DNA from: Antedon mediterranea
Taxonomy: Eukaryota; Animalia; Echinodermata
Direction of reading: 5' to 3'
Assembly (NCBI RefSeq): GCF_964355755.1
Contig: NC_092679.1
Location: 22,303,432 to 22,367,431, forward strand
Length of the DNA stretch: 64,000 nucleotides
A program made the position numbers and the translations under genes. Positions 42,993 through 57,900 of the stretch are shown here, piece after piece; the stretch's first letter is position 1; each line of letters opens with the position of its first letter. Under the pieces are notes generated by a model, which searched no databases, had not been told where the DNA came from, and saw only the letters and a list, made by a program, of their open reading frames with translations.

Positions 42993-45900
42993 CTACAAGT
43001 TTGTATTGGTAGCTGATAGTGTTGAGAACTGTCTTTGAGGTTTGGGTTGGACACGTCTTGATCGATGAATTTCATTCTCAACTTCTGGCTCGTCTTCAAC
43101 TTCCAGTTCATCTTGGTGTTTTGCAAACTCAATGAATACCTTCAAAATAAATTCATAACAATTATCAAAATGTTGATTAAACCAAAGGTCTGTTTCAGTT
43201 CTTAAGCCTAGTTAAGTTGAAGAGACATGCCCTTTGGCGATAGCTCCTCAGTGCAGCTTTTTTATGTATCAGTGAAAGGAATAAATAAATAAAATAAACT
43301 CTGGGCTGGTGGCTATTTTGCTAGTGCATTATAAAACCAAATACCAACCTGTTCAAGTGTAGATTGACTAAAACTATATTCTTCAATTTCAAAGTTAGAT
43401 TTGCCTGCAAGAAATGTAACAATTTTTTATTTGCGAAGACCGACAACCAAACAAAGTCAAGTTAATTCATTGTGGCAAGGATCAGGCATGTTATAACTTA
43501 CCTTCTTGCATGATTTCAAACACTTTCGCCAACGAATTCACTTCGTCCTGCGGCACTTTTATAGTCACACGTTCCGAAAAACACTCAATGACTTCCGCTC
43601 CAGGAAAAAAAGTGCGGACATGCTGAATGAACGCTTTGAGTTTGTTTTCGAGGAGTGTAGTCGTGTCTCCTTCTTCTCGTACGAAAGCACTCATGTTGAG
43701 CTTGGCCTCTAACAGATATCCACCGCCATACTTGTCCTTGAGGTGCTGGGTAGTCCCCAAACATCTAAAAACATATTTTAAAGTTACTTAAGATATACTT
43801 AACACTAATAGATTCACAAACATCTAAAAACAGACATATTATTTGTCCTCAATTGAGGCGCCTATTATGAATAACAGGGGCTGAGATGGTCCAGTGGCTT
43901 GGTGGTTATGACGCTTGGCTACCAATCCAAGGGTTCAAGTCCTGTCCGTGACAGAATTTTTTCTAATGACAAATTATAACTCCACTCCCAAAGACTTGTA
44001 ATAAGACTTTGTTTATGTAGAGCATCTTGTGTATATGTTTGTCTTTTTAACAGGATTTCCACATTTAAGAAGGATAATGAATGAATTCGCTTATGGATAT
44101 ACTTGGCATTAAGCCTAAATTAATCAAAACAAAACACAATGGGGTAACCACCTACTCATCCGAAAGATGCACTGGGTTTAGAAAAGCGAACAAAATTGTT
44201 CAGTCCGAGAGAGACTTACTCTAGTTGTCCAGCTACCATGATTCCCACTCTGGAGCACACGGCATCGGCTTCCTCCATAGAATGAGTCGTCAAAACTCCA
44301 CCACGATTTTCTTGAAAACATGAAATTATGGTGTTCCTATAAATACAACAAATCACATCTTAAGCTCTGTCTACACTACCAACAAAATGTGATGTGCCTA
44401 AATATGGTAGTGATATGACATCACCATGTCCATATATGGGCACATCACATTTTGTTGTCACATAAAGATTGATAGTGTAGACAGAGCTTTATGATAAATT
44501 TATTAATAATTTTAAATAAAATTACAGACAAAAATAAGCTACTCAACATTTTTATGCTTTATTAAGAAACTGTGATGCTGCATTTGACTTACCATAAAAA
44601 TCGTTTCGAAGAAGGATCCATTCCAGTAGAGGGCTCATCCATCAGGATTATCTCAGGATTACCCAACATGCTCAGTGCAAAACAAAGCTAGAAATTAAAA
44701 ACATGATAACTGTTTATATTATAAGACATTGGACACATTTGGAGGAATCTGAACATAACATAATCAATTTAATGTTTGTTTAATATAATTTAGATGGGTT
44801 GGGAGACAGTGAATATTGGGTGTTAAGCTCTGTCTACACTATCAAACTTTATGTGACAAAAAAATGTGATGTGCCCATATATGGACATGATGATGTCATA
44901 TCAATACTATATTTGGGCATATCACTACTATATTTGGGAATATCACTACTATATTTGGGCACATCACATTTTATTATTGATATGCTGTACCTTCCTCTTT
45001 GTTCCTCCTGATATTTCTTTCGTCTTTTTATCAGCATGTTCTGTAATCTTCAGTCCATCCATGTAGCTAAAAAATAAGCAATGCAATACAACCATAAGTG
45101 ATTTGTGCTAAGTTTCACCAACAGAAATTGGGACATTTCGGCCCAGGTTGTCCAAGATGTTTCAGCTCATGTCGACGAAGACGTTTTGGCCCAGTTTGCC
45201 CAGAATGTTACCCCAACTAAAAAACACCATTATTATCTAGTATCTTTAAATAATACAGTATCATATTTATATAAAACTGCTCAAACTCACTGGCTACTGA
45301 TGGTAGTCGCATCATCTCTGCAAAGTCCTTTAATATGTCCGTACGTCATTAAGTGTTCACGCACTGTCAAGTCGGGCCATAGCGGGTTCACTTGAGGGCA
45401 GAATCCCATTGATTGGTAGGCTTCGCTCAAAGACGATGCAATATCATTCTTTCCAACTCTTACCTGAGGGGGAAAAAAAATATATTATTTATCACTACCC
45501 AATGAGCACATTTTTTTCAACATTCAGGATTTTCTAAATCTTACAAGCTTGTCTCTTTTTTTGAGTCTTCTTCGAGGTTCTCCCTACTCAGTTGTAAAAC
45601 TTCTTTTCTAAAGCTCTGTCTACACTATCAAAAAAAGTGTGATGTGCCCAAATATGGTAGTGACATGGCAAAATATGGTAGTGCTATGACATTACCTGGC
45701 CCTTGGTTGGCTCAATGTCTGCTGTGACTACGTTCATCAGGCTCGTCTTTCCCGCCCCATTTGGCCCCAGAAGACCAAGAACCTCACCCTTGCTCACAGC
45801 CATTGACACATTCCTTACGGCAACCTTGGTATTAGAATTATCAGCAACTTTGCTCTTTCTGTCTTTTCTTTTGACAAACTCTCGTCGAAGATCACTCACC

Positions 45901-48900
45901 ACCAACACAGAAGTCTGGAAAAACAACTATTTTTCTTAAGTAAAAAAAACCAAAGATAACCAATTCTTTATATTTTAACATACCCTTGTATTTGCATGTT
46001 TATGGTGCAACCAGTCCCATGTATGTTTTCATACACAGACACTCCTAATAAGGGGAACATTCTTGGGTCTCAATGGTGTCTCTTTCACACATCTTCTAAT
46101 ATATAATGTATTAGTATAACAATCTATAATAAATAAATATATTACAGTACCTTATCATTTTGTAGAATGTCTTTAACTCTCTTTCTTTCCTCTATGATGT
46201 CTTCATCTTCATCCGGTATTACGTCTTTATTTATCTTACTATACTTTTTTTCAGCTGAGCTGTGAAAATAACAAGGCATGGTTGATAAAGTAAAGTGCAT
46301 TCATTTTTTTATTTAAAAAAAAAAATTAAATGAAAGGAGGAATAACCTCAGCCTACTGTAACTGGGCTGAATTGTGTACAGGTGTGGAAAGGTTGTTTAG
46401 CTGCCACCAGAACTATGGTCGATGGTTGAACCTGTGCCAAGCTTAACCCACTAAGCAACTTAAGCAAACACCACTGAGCAAGATATATTAACATATGTAT
46501 TTACAACAGTTGAAAACTAGCTTAAAAACTTACATGCAAAAGAAGGCATCTCTCCAATCTCCACCAGTTTTTCTTATTTCACACCAGCGTAGAAAGAAAT
46601 ACAAAACCACAAAGTCCAAGATAAGCTGAAAAATAATTAATATCATATCATGTTGTAAATTGAGAGAAATGAAGACATAATTTTAATAATGAACAAATAA
46701 AATCAAACAAAAAGGACCACTAAAAGAAGAAAGAAATGTAATTTAAGCGGTAGCAATAACTTACCTACAAAGAAGCTTGCTAAATTACAGGTTAAAGAGT
46801 ACACAAAATATAGTTACTGCAGTAACTGCAGTAGAATCATTTTTACAAGATCCATAACCAAATAATCAATATTATATCTATCTTAACATCATAAAAATTA
46901 ATAACAAAAAAAAATGTTTTGATATGTACTTACAATTAGAATTGTTGGGACAATATATGCATCAAATTTGAGGTAATCCGCAAAATTAAGCTCATCTGTA
47001 GTTTGTGTAATATTTGCAAATTCATAAATCTGAGAAATATTAAGAATAATTGATGCTTACTCAGGCATGACCAGGAGTGAGTAGTAGAGCTTAAATAATA
47101 AATCTATACAATAACGGGATATTTTTTCTCCATATCCACAATGATTCGGGAGAAATTGCACCTTAGCAGAGGCTAATAGGATATGATGGTTCCACTGAAA
47201 AGACACTTTTGCTATTAGATTTTAAAAATATATACCAATAAACTCACCCTAACAATGTAATAGATTCCACCATAGATTGCATAGGGCGGGAATATGAAGC
47301 TGAAGAGAAGATGAAGTCCACCAGCAAGTGAATATGAACCAGTCAGGTCTAGCGCTATGACAGGGGCAGCTAAGGCTGTTGGAAACTAAACAACAAAATA
47401 TACACAATTAAGATTAAAAAAAAAAAAAAAATAGAAATTCTTAAAACAATTAAACTATAGTAGAACCCTTTCTTTCGGATACAACAATACAGGAGTAACC
47501 TTTATTAAGTGGACACTACCGTTTATGACCAAGTACAGTCTCAGAGGACATAGGTAAGAAATTTGGCTAAAAGACAGTGGTGGAATTATTATGCAATTAA
47601 TAGAGGATTTACAAGAGTCTTGTGTCTGAATCTAACCTAAGTTAGGGCATGAGATTATAGTTACTTATTCTATCTTTCTAATTGAAACTTACTAATGAAT
47701 ATATTGACGGAAGAACAGCCTGACACGACTCAAAACTATCAAACAAAAACGAGACACAAAAAGCGACAATCGTGGAAACGGGCAGGTACACGATAAGTAA
47801 CACTATAAACGTAACAATAGCACCAGCTCGTAAAAAGGCATCCACTTGAAAGGCGAGAATCACGATGAAACCGATGACGCACGCTATAGCGTAGAATGCA
47901 ACGTCAACGGCCAGCCAGGCAAACCAGTATGTGTTCACCGTTATCCCGGACACACGGATCTGCGATCTTATCTTCAACTACAACGAAATAGAAAATGTTG
48001 GAAACATTGAATTCAATCTCAATTCAATCAATAGGAATAATATTACAAACAAATTATTTATTTCATGCATGCAAGAAATCAACAGAGGTCCCAACTTGGA
48101 ATATGAAGATGCTTTACAAATCGGGACCAAACCGTACAGGGCACTATACTTTTTAAATACAGAGGGCGCTATTAAAAAAAATCTCAGAAGACATGGGAGG
48201 TTTGTGTTTGAATTGCAAAGTTACCTCACGTTCTTTAACTTTATCGACGGCAAAATATGGTGGGATTAAATTGAGCGACAGGGCAAAGAAAATCGCGAGA
48301 AAGACAGTTCCATTGAACGTATAGTCGTCTGAGCCGGTGGACGGGAAGTCCTGCGTAGACACACTGATGTCCTCGCTGCTAATGTCCAGCATACTGTAGA
48401 GGGAGTTCATAAGAATGTTGATGAGGATTGGTAACGAGTGAATGGCCGTGTCGTTGTAATGCACTACGAACGAATTGCTCTAAAATAGAAATAAAAGATG
48501 ACAGTAAAAATGGTTATGTTTCAGTGATTTAAGTGGAGAATCCACAACTTATAATATTTTATACTAAAAATTATATAAAAAAGAAGGGTGGAGAGGGGAG
48601 GCGGGAGGGGGTTATATTACAAAACATAAGTTGTTTTTACAGGCCTTTAGTCCTCTCTTCGGCCCTTGATGAATTACAAAAAATATCCCTCATGGTAAAC
48701 AGGAAGATGATGAGTAAAGCCCAGATGTAGTGTCTTTTTGTTTTGGTACAACATGAATATGTACGTATAACAGAAAAACTTTTCTTATACAGCCGCAATG
48801 AGTCGTTTATTTATTATTCAAATTTTCGTACAGCTCCTGTAAGTAGCCATGAGTCACATATTTATTATTCAAATGAGAATTAGATTCTTACAATGTTGTT

Positions 48901-51900
48901 GACATTGACAGCCTGGTGATGTGGGGCATCGGCCATCAACGTGTCCAAGCTTTCTGTCCATGCGCTCCTGATATTCAATTGGTCAAACTGCGACAGCAGG
49001 TCATTAATATTATGACCTATAAAAGTAGAATTTGGACAACAATTTGTATATAGAAAAATTGACATAATTTCATTTATTTGCTGGCCGTAGAGGGCTTTCA
49101 ATTTCAACCGACATGAATAGCACTTTGCTCATTAAAAAAATTGCCGCAAACTCAATCGAACGCATACTAAACGCCTTCAGTACGCAAGTGCTTTCAAACA
49201 ATCTGATTGGATTACTTACTACTTATGGCGCGTGTTTACTATTAGAACATACTGTACATATGCGTAGATATGTACTAAAATTACAACCAACCTGTAGAGT
49301 TTTGATACAGCAATTCTGTTTTGGATTCTGGTAAGCCTGTGAGATTTTGCAAATACAGATCAGCTGGTAGATTAATCTTTACCGGATTCTGGTCATTATT
49401 GGTACTAGATGGGAGCACCAGAACCATGACAACACCGATCACCATGTAAATGTTTGGCATAATAAATCGCACAAAGTAAGTCTAAAGATAAGTAACTTGG
49501 GTTAAGTATATTTGCAAATTTATGTTTTAAATTATCATGAGCAAGGATAGCAACCAACTTAGAAAAGATACGCAGAGTTGTTTTCACATTCTACATAACA
49601 ACCCAGGTGGTTCAGAAATCTGAGTAACATTTTAATTACATTGGTCATCATTGTGTCTCATATTTTCTGGCCGTAGAGAGCTTTGATTTGCGAAGATCGA
49701 TGACAACGACTAAAGTACATCTAGTTAATCCATTGTGCACATGCAGAGATATTGGAGTGTATTTCTTAGCTCAACACAGTGTCGACAACCGATGACCATC
49801 AATTTACCTGACCTATGTAGGTCATCGGCCGTTGCAAATCGAAAACTCCCTAATGTAAAAGGTGTAATTTATACAGTAGGGTTATATGGGAGACTTATAG
49901 AAATAGATTATAAAACAAAATGTTCTATTTGTTCACAATTTCTTAGGATTACATACCGACGGATTTCGTATAACAAGGGTCCTAAAGACCCAAACAAGGG
50001 TTTTAAACTGTTCCTTGAATGTTGGTTTGATAGGATGCTTTGCCAATGTTGTCGAGTCAAGAACGACGTCTTCTTGAAGATCGATGACAGTGTCATTTGC
50101 ATGAACCTCACCAATTAATTCATGTCCACCTGAACGGTCTAGTTAAAAAAAAAATTTACACACTCCATTTAATATGCTATGATTTGTAAGTATAAATGCT
50201 AGTTGGTTTTTCTTTCTATAAAAGTGAATAACTGCAAAATGGCCTATTTAAAGTATTTTATTAATCTTCACTTTTCTTTTTCTTTTATGGGGGACAATAC
50301 ATATTTAATCAAATTTACCATCTGCAACAATCCCGTCGTTCACCAATCCTCCATCTGCACGCTCTTTCTCTAAATCTGCTTCCTCGCCAATTTTCAGAAA
50401 CACTTCCTCAAGTGTTGTCATGGAGACGCCATAACTTTGGATGCCGAGCATTTTGGATTTTTCTTCACCATTTTCATTTTTCGATTCAAGCTCTTTGAAG
50501 AGCTCTGATCAATTAATTAAAAATAAAAGCAGTATTTTAATTTGGTTGTTTTTTGTGTTACAAAACAAATAATTAATGTTTTTCTCATCGAACACAAAAA
50601 ATATTTCAAAATACCTGTAAAAAAGTTCATATCTTTCAGAGGCAACTGAAATGTTAGCTCCATACCATGTGACCTTATGACCTTTGCATCACTGACCTTT
50701 GACACAATAAGGTCCTTCACAGCATCATGATTACAACTCAATTCTGTCACCATGCTGGGTAAGAAAATGAAAAATGACTATTCATTATTATAATTCCTAT
50801 TTTAACGCTTACAACAAGTATTTAATTATTAGTGATCACGTAAACATTCTTTCCCAAGGCGCTCTCGTACGTAGAATAGTAATTATAGACAATGAATAAA
50901 AAAGTACAATTACCCGAGCTTGTAACCAATGCCAAATCGATTCTTGAGGAAGAGGGAAGAGCCAAAACAACGTAGTTTACCATTACTGATAATAGCTTTC
51001 CGATCTGTAAGAAAAGAAGAAAAAAATATTATAAATAATAAATATCTACTGATAAATAAAAAAAAATTAATATAAATAAAATAAATATAAATAAAATAAA
51101 TGTAAAATTTGTATAAATTTTTTTAATTTGTTTTTTTTATTGTATATATAAATAATTTTTTACAAATTAAAAATTGTCTGTACTTTTCTATTCTTTTAAA
51201 AATGTTCCATGTATTTTTAACTTCAGTGTATTAACAAAGATTTTCTGATTTTTATTTTTATATGAACTAGACTTAATAAAAGATGAATTGAATTGAATGA
51301 ATTGTTAACTCATAAGCTGACAAACTTAAGCTCTGTCTACACTATCAAACTTTTTGTGACAAAAAACGTGATGTGCTCATATATGGACATGATGATGTCA
51401 TATCCTATGATTGCTGACTGACCTGCTAATATATCAGCTTCATCCATAAAATGCGTGGTCAATAGAATGATACGCCCTTCTCGCTTATTCTTCAAAAGCG
51501 TCCAAATACAACGTCGCGAGTACGGGTCCATTCCGCTTGTCGGCTCATCCAGAATAACCACCTGTAACAGATATGTTGATATTAATTAATTATAAAGAAA
51601 AAGCAAAAAATTAACTAATAATTTAAGTTTAATATTAAATTGAATAATGCAATATGCAAAGTGTTATTATTTATTTTCAGCTTTTAGATCCAGAACATTC
51701 TTTCATTATTTAGTCACTCACAGTCACAGTTGGCGAGGATTTAAAATGAATTTAAAATCGCTGTAGTTGACATAAAGGCTAGCTATTAGGTGGACACAAA
51801 TCAAGCCCACTCCACACATTTTATGGTATTTTCCTAAAATAATTTAAATCTTAAACAATTTGGCATGTATTGATTCAATTACTAAAATTTAAATTATTAT

Positions 51901-54900
51901 TAAAATGATTTACCTTAGGGTCTCCGATGAGTGCAATTCCCATGCATAATTTGCGTTTTTGTCCGCCACTCAAATCCTTGGCGTGTGTGGCGCCTTGCTT
52001 ATGTAAATCAACATCTTTTAATATTTGATCAACCTAAAAATAAAGCAAAGTTAAAAATCAAAAGATTTTCAAAAAGCACTCAACTAAATTAGTAGTTACA
52101 TATCATCAAAAGAAAAAAAAAATTTAACAGATATATTTTATTTGTTCTTGATAAGAGGGGGTGGGGAGACATCATCATCAAAAATATAATAAAACACAAC
52201 ACTCTCACCAACACCTTACGTGTAAAGCTCTGTCTACACTATCAAACTAGTTTGACAAAAAAAGTGTGACGTACTGTCCAAATATGGTAGTGATATGCCA
52301 AAATATGGTAGTGATATGACATCATCATGTCTATATATGGGCGCATCACATTTTTTCACTGCTATAACAAAATAAGTGGGGTTTAATGTTGTTGCAGAGG
52401 TTTATATTTTATCAATAGAACATTTTTCATACTATTTTCTCAATATCTTCTTTCGGCACGCCCTTCAAACCGGCATAAATCGATAGATGCTCTCGTGGGG
52501 ACAAATAATCAAACAGTGTGTCCTCCTGAAGACACACGCCCGTCATCGTACGAATAGTATCCATCTCCAGCGGGTTCGTAACATCGTATCCGTAAATTGT
52601 AGCGGATCCAGACGTTGATGGCATCATTCCGGTTAAGCAGTTGACGAGGGTAGTTTTTCCGGCACCGTTGTGTCCAAGAAGGCAAGTTATTTGACCTTCG
52701 TAGATCTCCAACGATAAGCCTGTGAAATCAAGAAAACGTGACGGTGCTAAAAAATTGAATGAAAAGAGGTGTCCCGAATGAGAGGTTCTTGTGTTATATA
52801 CATTAAAAATTATTGTATTGGTTTATATACATTTTAGGTGACCATGTCAAAGGTCAAGCACCTGTCTCACCACGTTTCATATTCTATAATTCATAATTTT
52901 ACCATTAACAGCTCTAACTGGTGGTTTCTTCTTTTTCCCAGGAAATTCTTTAACAATATTGTTGACCCTGATACACTGGCGACCTTTGACATCTGGCGGG
53001 ACTTCCTCCACGTCGTCTTCATGATCGTTTTGAGCAACGGATGCAGTTGAATTATGCCTAACTTGTCTGTACTGTTCTTTGCTGCTCCAAAACGACGGCC
53101 TGAAGCAAAAAAATGGGTCTTTTGTTTGGCCATACTCAGCTTTTGATCGAAAAAAGAGAGAAAACAAGTTAAAATTAAATTTAATAATTTTTTTCTATTT
53201 TTGGAACGCAACGCAATGACAGTCCACTGTAAGTAATAAGCAATTACAAGGCGATGGCTCATCCTAACTTTCGCTTATGTGTTCTGTCTACATTGCTGTG
53301 TTTGAACTAAGCTTGTGAGGGGATATTAAAACATTCACTATTCCACACATAGTATTGATTAATATAACAACTGTTAAGCTCTGTTTACACTATCAAACTA
53401 GTTTGACAAAAAAAGTGTGATGTGCCTAAATATGGTAGTGGTATGCCAAAATATGGTAGTGATATGACATCATCATGTCTATATATGGGCACATCACATT
53501 TTTTTGTCACATAAAGTTTGATAGAGCTTTAAACTTACATGGGATAACATTATCAAAATAAACAGCAAGAAGAAAATACAAGAGAGCGTCCACACTGAGC
53601 ATGATAAAACATGCGTACATTGGGAATTCCCCGTCATTCAAACTGTCAAAGGTCAAACCATCTTGTTCTATCTCAAGCAGTACAGCCTGTTAAATTCAAG
53701 AAAAAAAATTCAATGAATTTATATTAATTGTGTATTCTATTGGATTTAAAGCAAAATATGTAATTATTAAATAATACAAATTACACAATTAGAACTTCAA
53801 AACAAAGTATTGTATTGTCCCTCAAAACATGAAAAATGAGACTTGAATAGGCAATTTTGCAATTTTAATAAATTGATTCACTTTTGTAAAAAAAAACAAC
53901 AAAATTAATTATTTCACTTATAAAAAGTATTTTTTGCTTTACATTACATTTTTTTTCAGGTAAATAATTTTGTTTCTATTCAGTATTTGATAAAATTGAA
54001 TAACTATTATGAAACTTTAAAATGACATATTCAACAAAAAATACACAACAATTTTTTTTAGGATGATGAGAAAACTTACCATATCCAGAGCAAGTGAAAC
54101 CGCAATAGGGGAAAACAGAGATAGAACCCATTTAACTGCTACTGGGATTCCAGAAATCAAACCGATTGGTACGTATATAATAGCCATTAAGAAGACCATG
54201 AAGCCGCCAAAGGCACCGGCTGCCGTGGCTTTGTTAAAGAACGGTGTTAGCATAAAAGCCAGGTTTACAGCTAAAAGAGTGACAAGAAAATTAGTAAAGT
54301 AACTTTTGCAGTACAAATTGTATAAAGCTCTGTACACACTTTCAAACTAGTTTGACAAAAAAAGTGTGATATGCCCAAATATGGTAATGATATGCCCAAA
54401 TATGGTAGTGATATGATACCATTGTGTCCATTATATGGTCACATCACATTTTTTTGTCACATAAAGTTTGATAGTGTAGACAGAGCTTAAATCAATTAGG
54501 TTGAGAATATCTTTGCAGTTGTCTTTTTTTAATGTGGTGAGATAATGAAGCAGATAACATAATATATAACAGTTATTTTTATTTCAATTAAAACATCAAA
54601 AACATTCAATATATATTTGGCGTAAATAATTATTTGTAAATGTACCCATGACCTGGGGGTCATATAGTGGGTCATACCAGGGAGTTAACAACTCCCTGGT
54701 CATACAATTGACAAGTGCATTAGCATTGAAAACAACATCTGTGTCTTATTTTGTGTCCGTGAATACATTGATTTGATGGAAAACTCACTTGAAATACCGT
54801 ATAGCATTAGCAAGAGCCATAGAAGGAAGAAGTTTCCGTCCGGAAAAACTGTAATAGCCTTGCCGAAGCCAATGCCAAATATGGACACAAAGGCAATCAT

Positions 54901-57900
54901 AATGCAGTACACAATGAACCAGGCCGTCCTAAAATAAGAAAAACAAGTTAAACTAAACAAAAAATAGCTGAGCTTGAAATTAAAGGTAGAAACTTTTCAA
55001 AAGAACTTTCATTGCATTACCATCTTTAATCAATCAATCCATCAACAAATAAAAAATTTATTTCATTTTTCAATTACAAAGCTTTTATTTTTTCAGTAAT
55101 TACAAATTTTGGAAAAACAAATGGGAAAAATCCAAGAAAGCCAAAGCCTCCCCAAAAATGAATACTCTTCTTTTTATTTATTTTTTTATTTTTAAATTCA
55201 TACTCACCAAAATGGACCTGTTCTCATCCCCATCATTTGTAGTGACTGGGTCAATTTCTTCTCCTTCTCATTCACAATTTTAGCCAAAAGTGCGACGATA
55301 AAAGGAGAATAAGACAGAACAAAATAGACAGCCGTGGTGGTTTGCAAGGCTGATGGGGATCCTGGGTATTCACCTTTTGGGAACATTTGCGTAAATATTT
55401 TTGGCAACGGCACTTCTGTAACAGTTTTGTTAGATTTCATCTACAAACATAACAATAACAAAATTTAAATTCATAGCTTTTATAATAGAATTATTTATTG
55501 GAGCTTCCAAATATGGATGTTAAAAAAAGGACGCCTAAAGTATGATGAAAGACCACCTAAGCTGGTAAAATTGATATGATACCCCCCAACTCCCTCAATT
55601 TATGATACAACTGGGACCTGATATATCAGAATTTAAAAACTTACCAGAATTATGGCATGGTCAAGAATGACCTGAAGTGCGGAAAACCCAGAATAGAGAT
55701 ATCCAGTAGCAGGACAATTTACCATTGGTGGTTGGTCAAGTGCTAAAATGCGACAAGTTCCTGAAAAATAATGAGAAATTTGGAAATCAAAACACATAGC
55801 AATACAGTATACATGGTTTATAATTTGAGTAAAAAGATATCCAAGATGGTGACCAAAATGGGGTCAAACAATGGCCTCCAATTGGAATGAATTCTACAAT
55901 AGTCTTAAGGATTCCTAATCTACCAACAACTCAATTTAAATCTTTAAACCAACATTTGAAGAAAGAAAGGTGAACTATGGCGCTAAAAACCATAAATAAT
56001 GGGTTAAACAGACTTTAATATGCAAAAAGGATTACATACCTTCATTGGTGAAACCATCAGCAGTCGATGGAACGCTGTTTTTATCTGTTCGTATGGTGTA
56101 ACTTAAATTACTTAGAAAATTGTCGGCAAACACGATACCATGTCCTGTTAAATTTGAATCTTCCTTCGCCTTCAGGAGTTGTGTTTCATTTTCGTAATAA
56201 ATGAAATTCAGATACGGTGCTAATTCTGTAGCTTTTGTCAACAGGGCCTCGATTTCTGGAGAGTTGGGAGCAACGCCGATTGGTTGCAAAAATGGCCCCA
56301 TAAAGGAGTTGGAAAACAAGTCATATTGTTGGAATTCTGGGATAGCTGGTTGTGTGTCTGGTTGGGTGGAGTACCGGATCGTTGCAAGGTTACACAAGAG
56401 TAACATTGGTAGAAACACTTCCTATGTAACAAAATTATTAATTTTTAAAATTAAATGTTAAAATTGTAACACTACTCCATTTATTTTAATTCCTCTATTA
56501 AAAATACAATACAACAGCCAAGACAATATAAATAGTAAAATGAGTAAAGAACTATAGTGAACTGTTAAAATGGTTCCCATACAAGAAAAATAAATCTGGG
56601 ATTACAATGTGTAGGAAGTGAAACAAAGGGCACTGCAAGCTCCAGTGTTTTAGAGCAAATTATCAATTTACAGCTGTAGTTAAAACTAAATTATTTCCTA
56701 TGCATACTGTATGATAACTTAAGTTTGGTTCCCACTAAAATAGGACACAACGCAAGAACATAGACGCAAACGCAAGCCATTTGAACAATGACAAGCGTTA
56801 CTTAGAATAATCCATCATTGGTCAAATCACTTGCATTGCGCTGTACATCCTTGCGTTGCATCCTAGTGGAAAACCAGCTTTATACAGCATACAGCAAATT
56901 GTAACTATTCTATAGTATTTTTCAACAATGGAACTGAAAATTATTATGATAGCTCCATGGTTGAACTTTGCTCACAATAATAAACAGGGAAGAGTGAAAA
57001 CACCCTGATAATAATCACCATCTGCCATATAACTTAATTGAACAATAAATTACTGGACACTGATCAAATTATATGGCATCTATATTGCAATTAAAGTGCG
57101 TGGTATGATGTATAAAGTGAACGCATGAAAATGCAATTAATTGCAAAAGAAAAAAAATCCAAAACTCTCAAACTTTATACAGAGTATTTATCAAATATCT
57201 AACGTCAGGATTTGAAAAAGTTCACTTATTCCGGTTTTTAAAACATACAGTAGTCAAATGGTCAAATTTTCCACAAAAAAAAAATCAAATTTTCCCAAAT
57301 TTTAATATTCTCATTTTGGTCACTGAACATTATTGTTCCTTTGGTGACAAAAATGGGATACAGGGTGTACACAAAAGTTAGTGGTGGGTGACAGAATTGT
57401 TCTTCAATCTTTTTATTTGAGACCGAGAGTGCTAACTAGTAATAATTGTAAAATTTTAGTGGAAATGAGAAAGTTAGACTTGACAAACTCTACCCAGCAC
57501 TTCTACTGTGTACTAAGAACAGCTTTTTTCTTAAACCAGGCCTTGTCTTTTGAGGCTTAGGAGTTCTATCACTAGCTTAATAACACTGTCCTAAAAATGT
57601 CCTTGAGGTGCGTGATTTACATACAGCCCACTTGGTAAATTTCTGTACATTAAGATACCAACAGCACACCTACAGTATAGCACAGAATGTGTTGAGTTGA
57701 GGAGTGTAATGTATTAATGTATTCAAAAGCCCGGCCAAACTAAAAATTAAGATACTATAAAACTGAAGAGAATATACTGTATATCATAGTAGGTTTCAGT
57801 AATAAAAATATAATAGTAAAACGATTTAATTTATTAGTAAACAAATTGAAAGCCAACAGCACTCTTAATCTGACCTTTTGAACTATTACGTTCAAGTTTT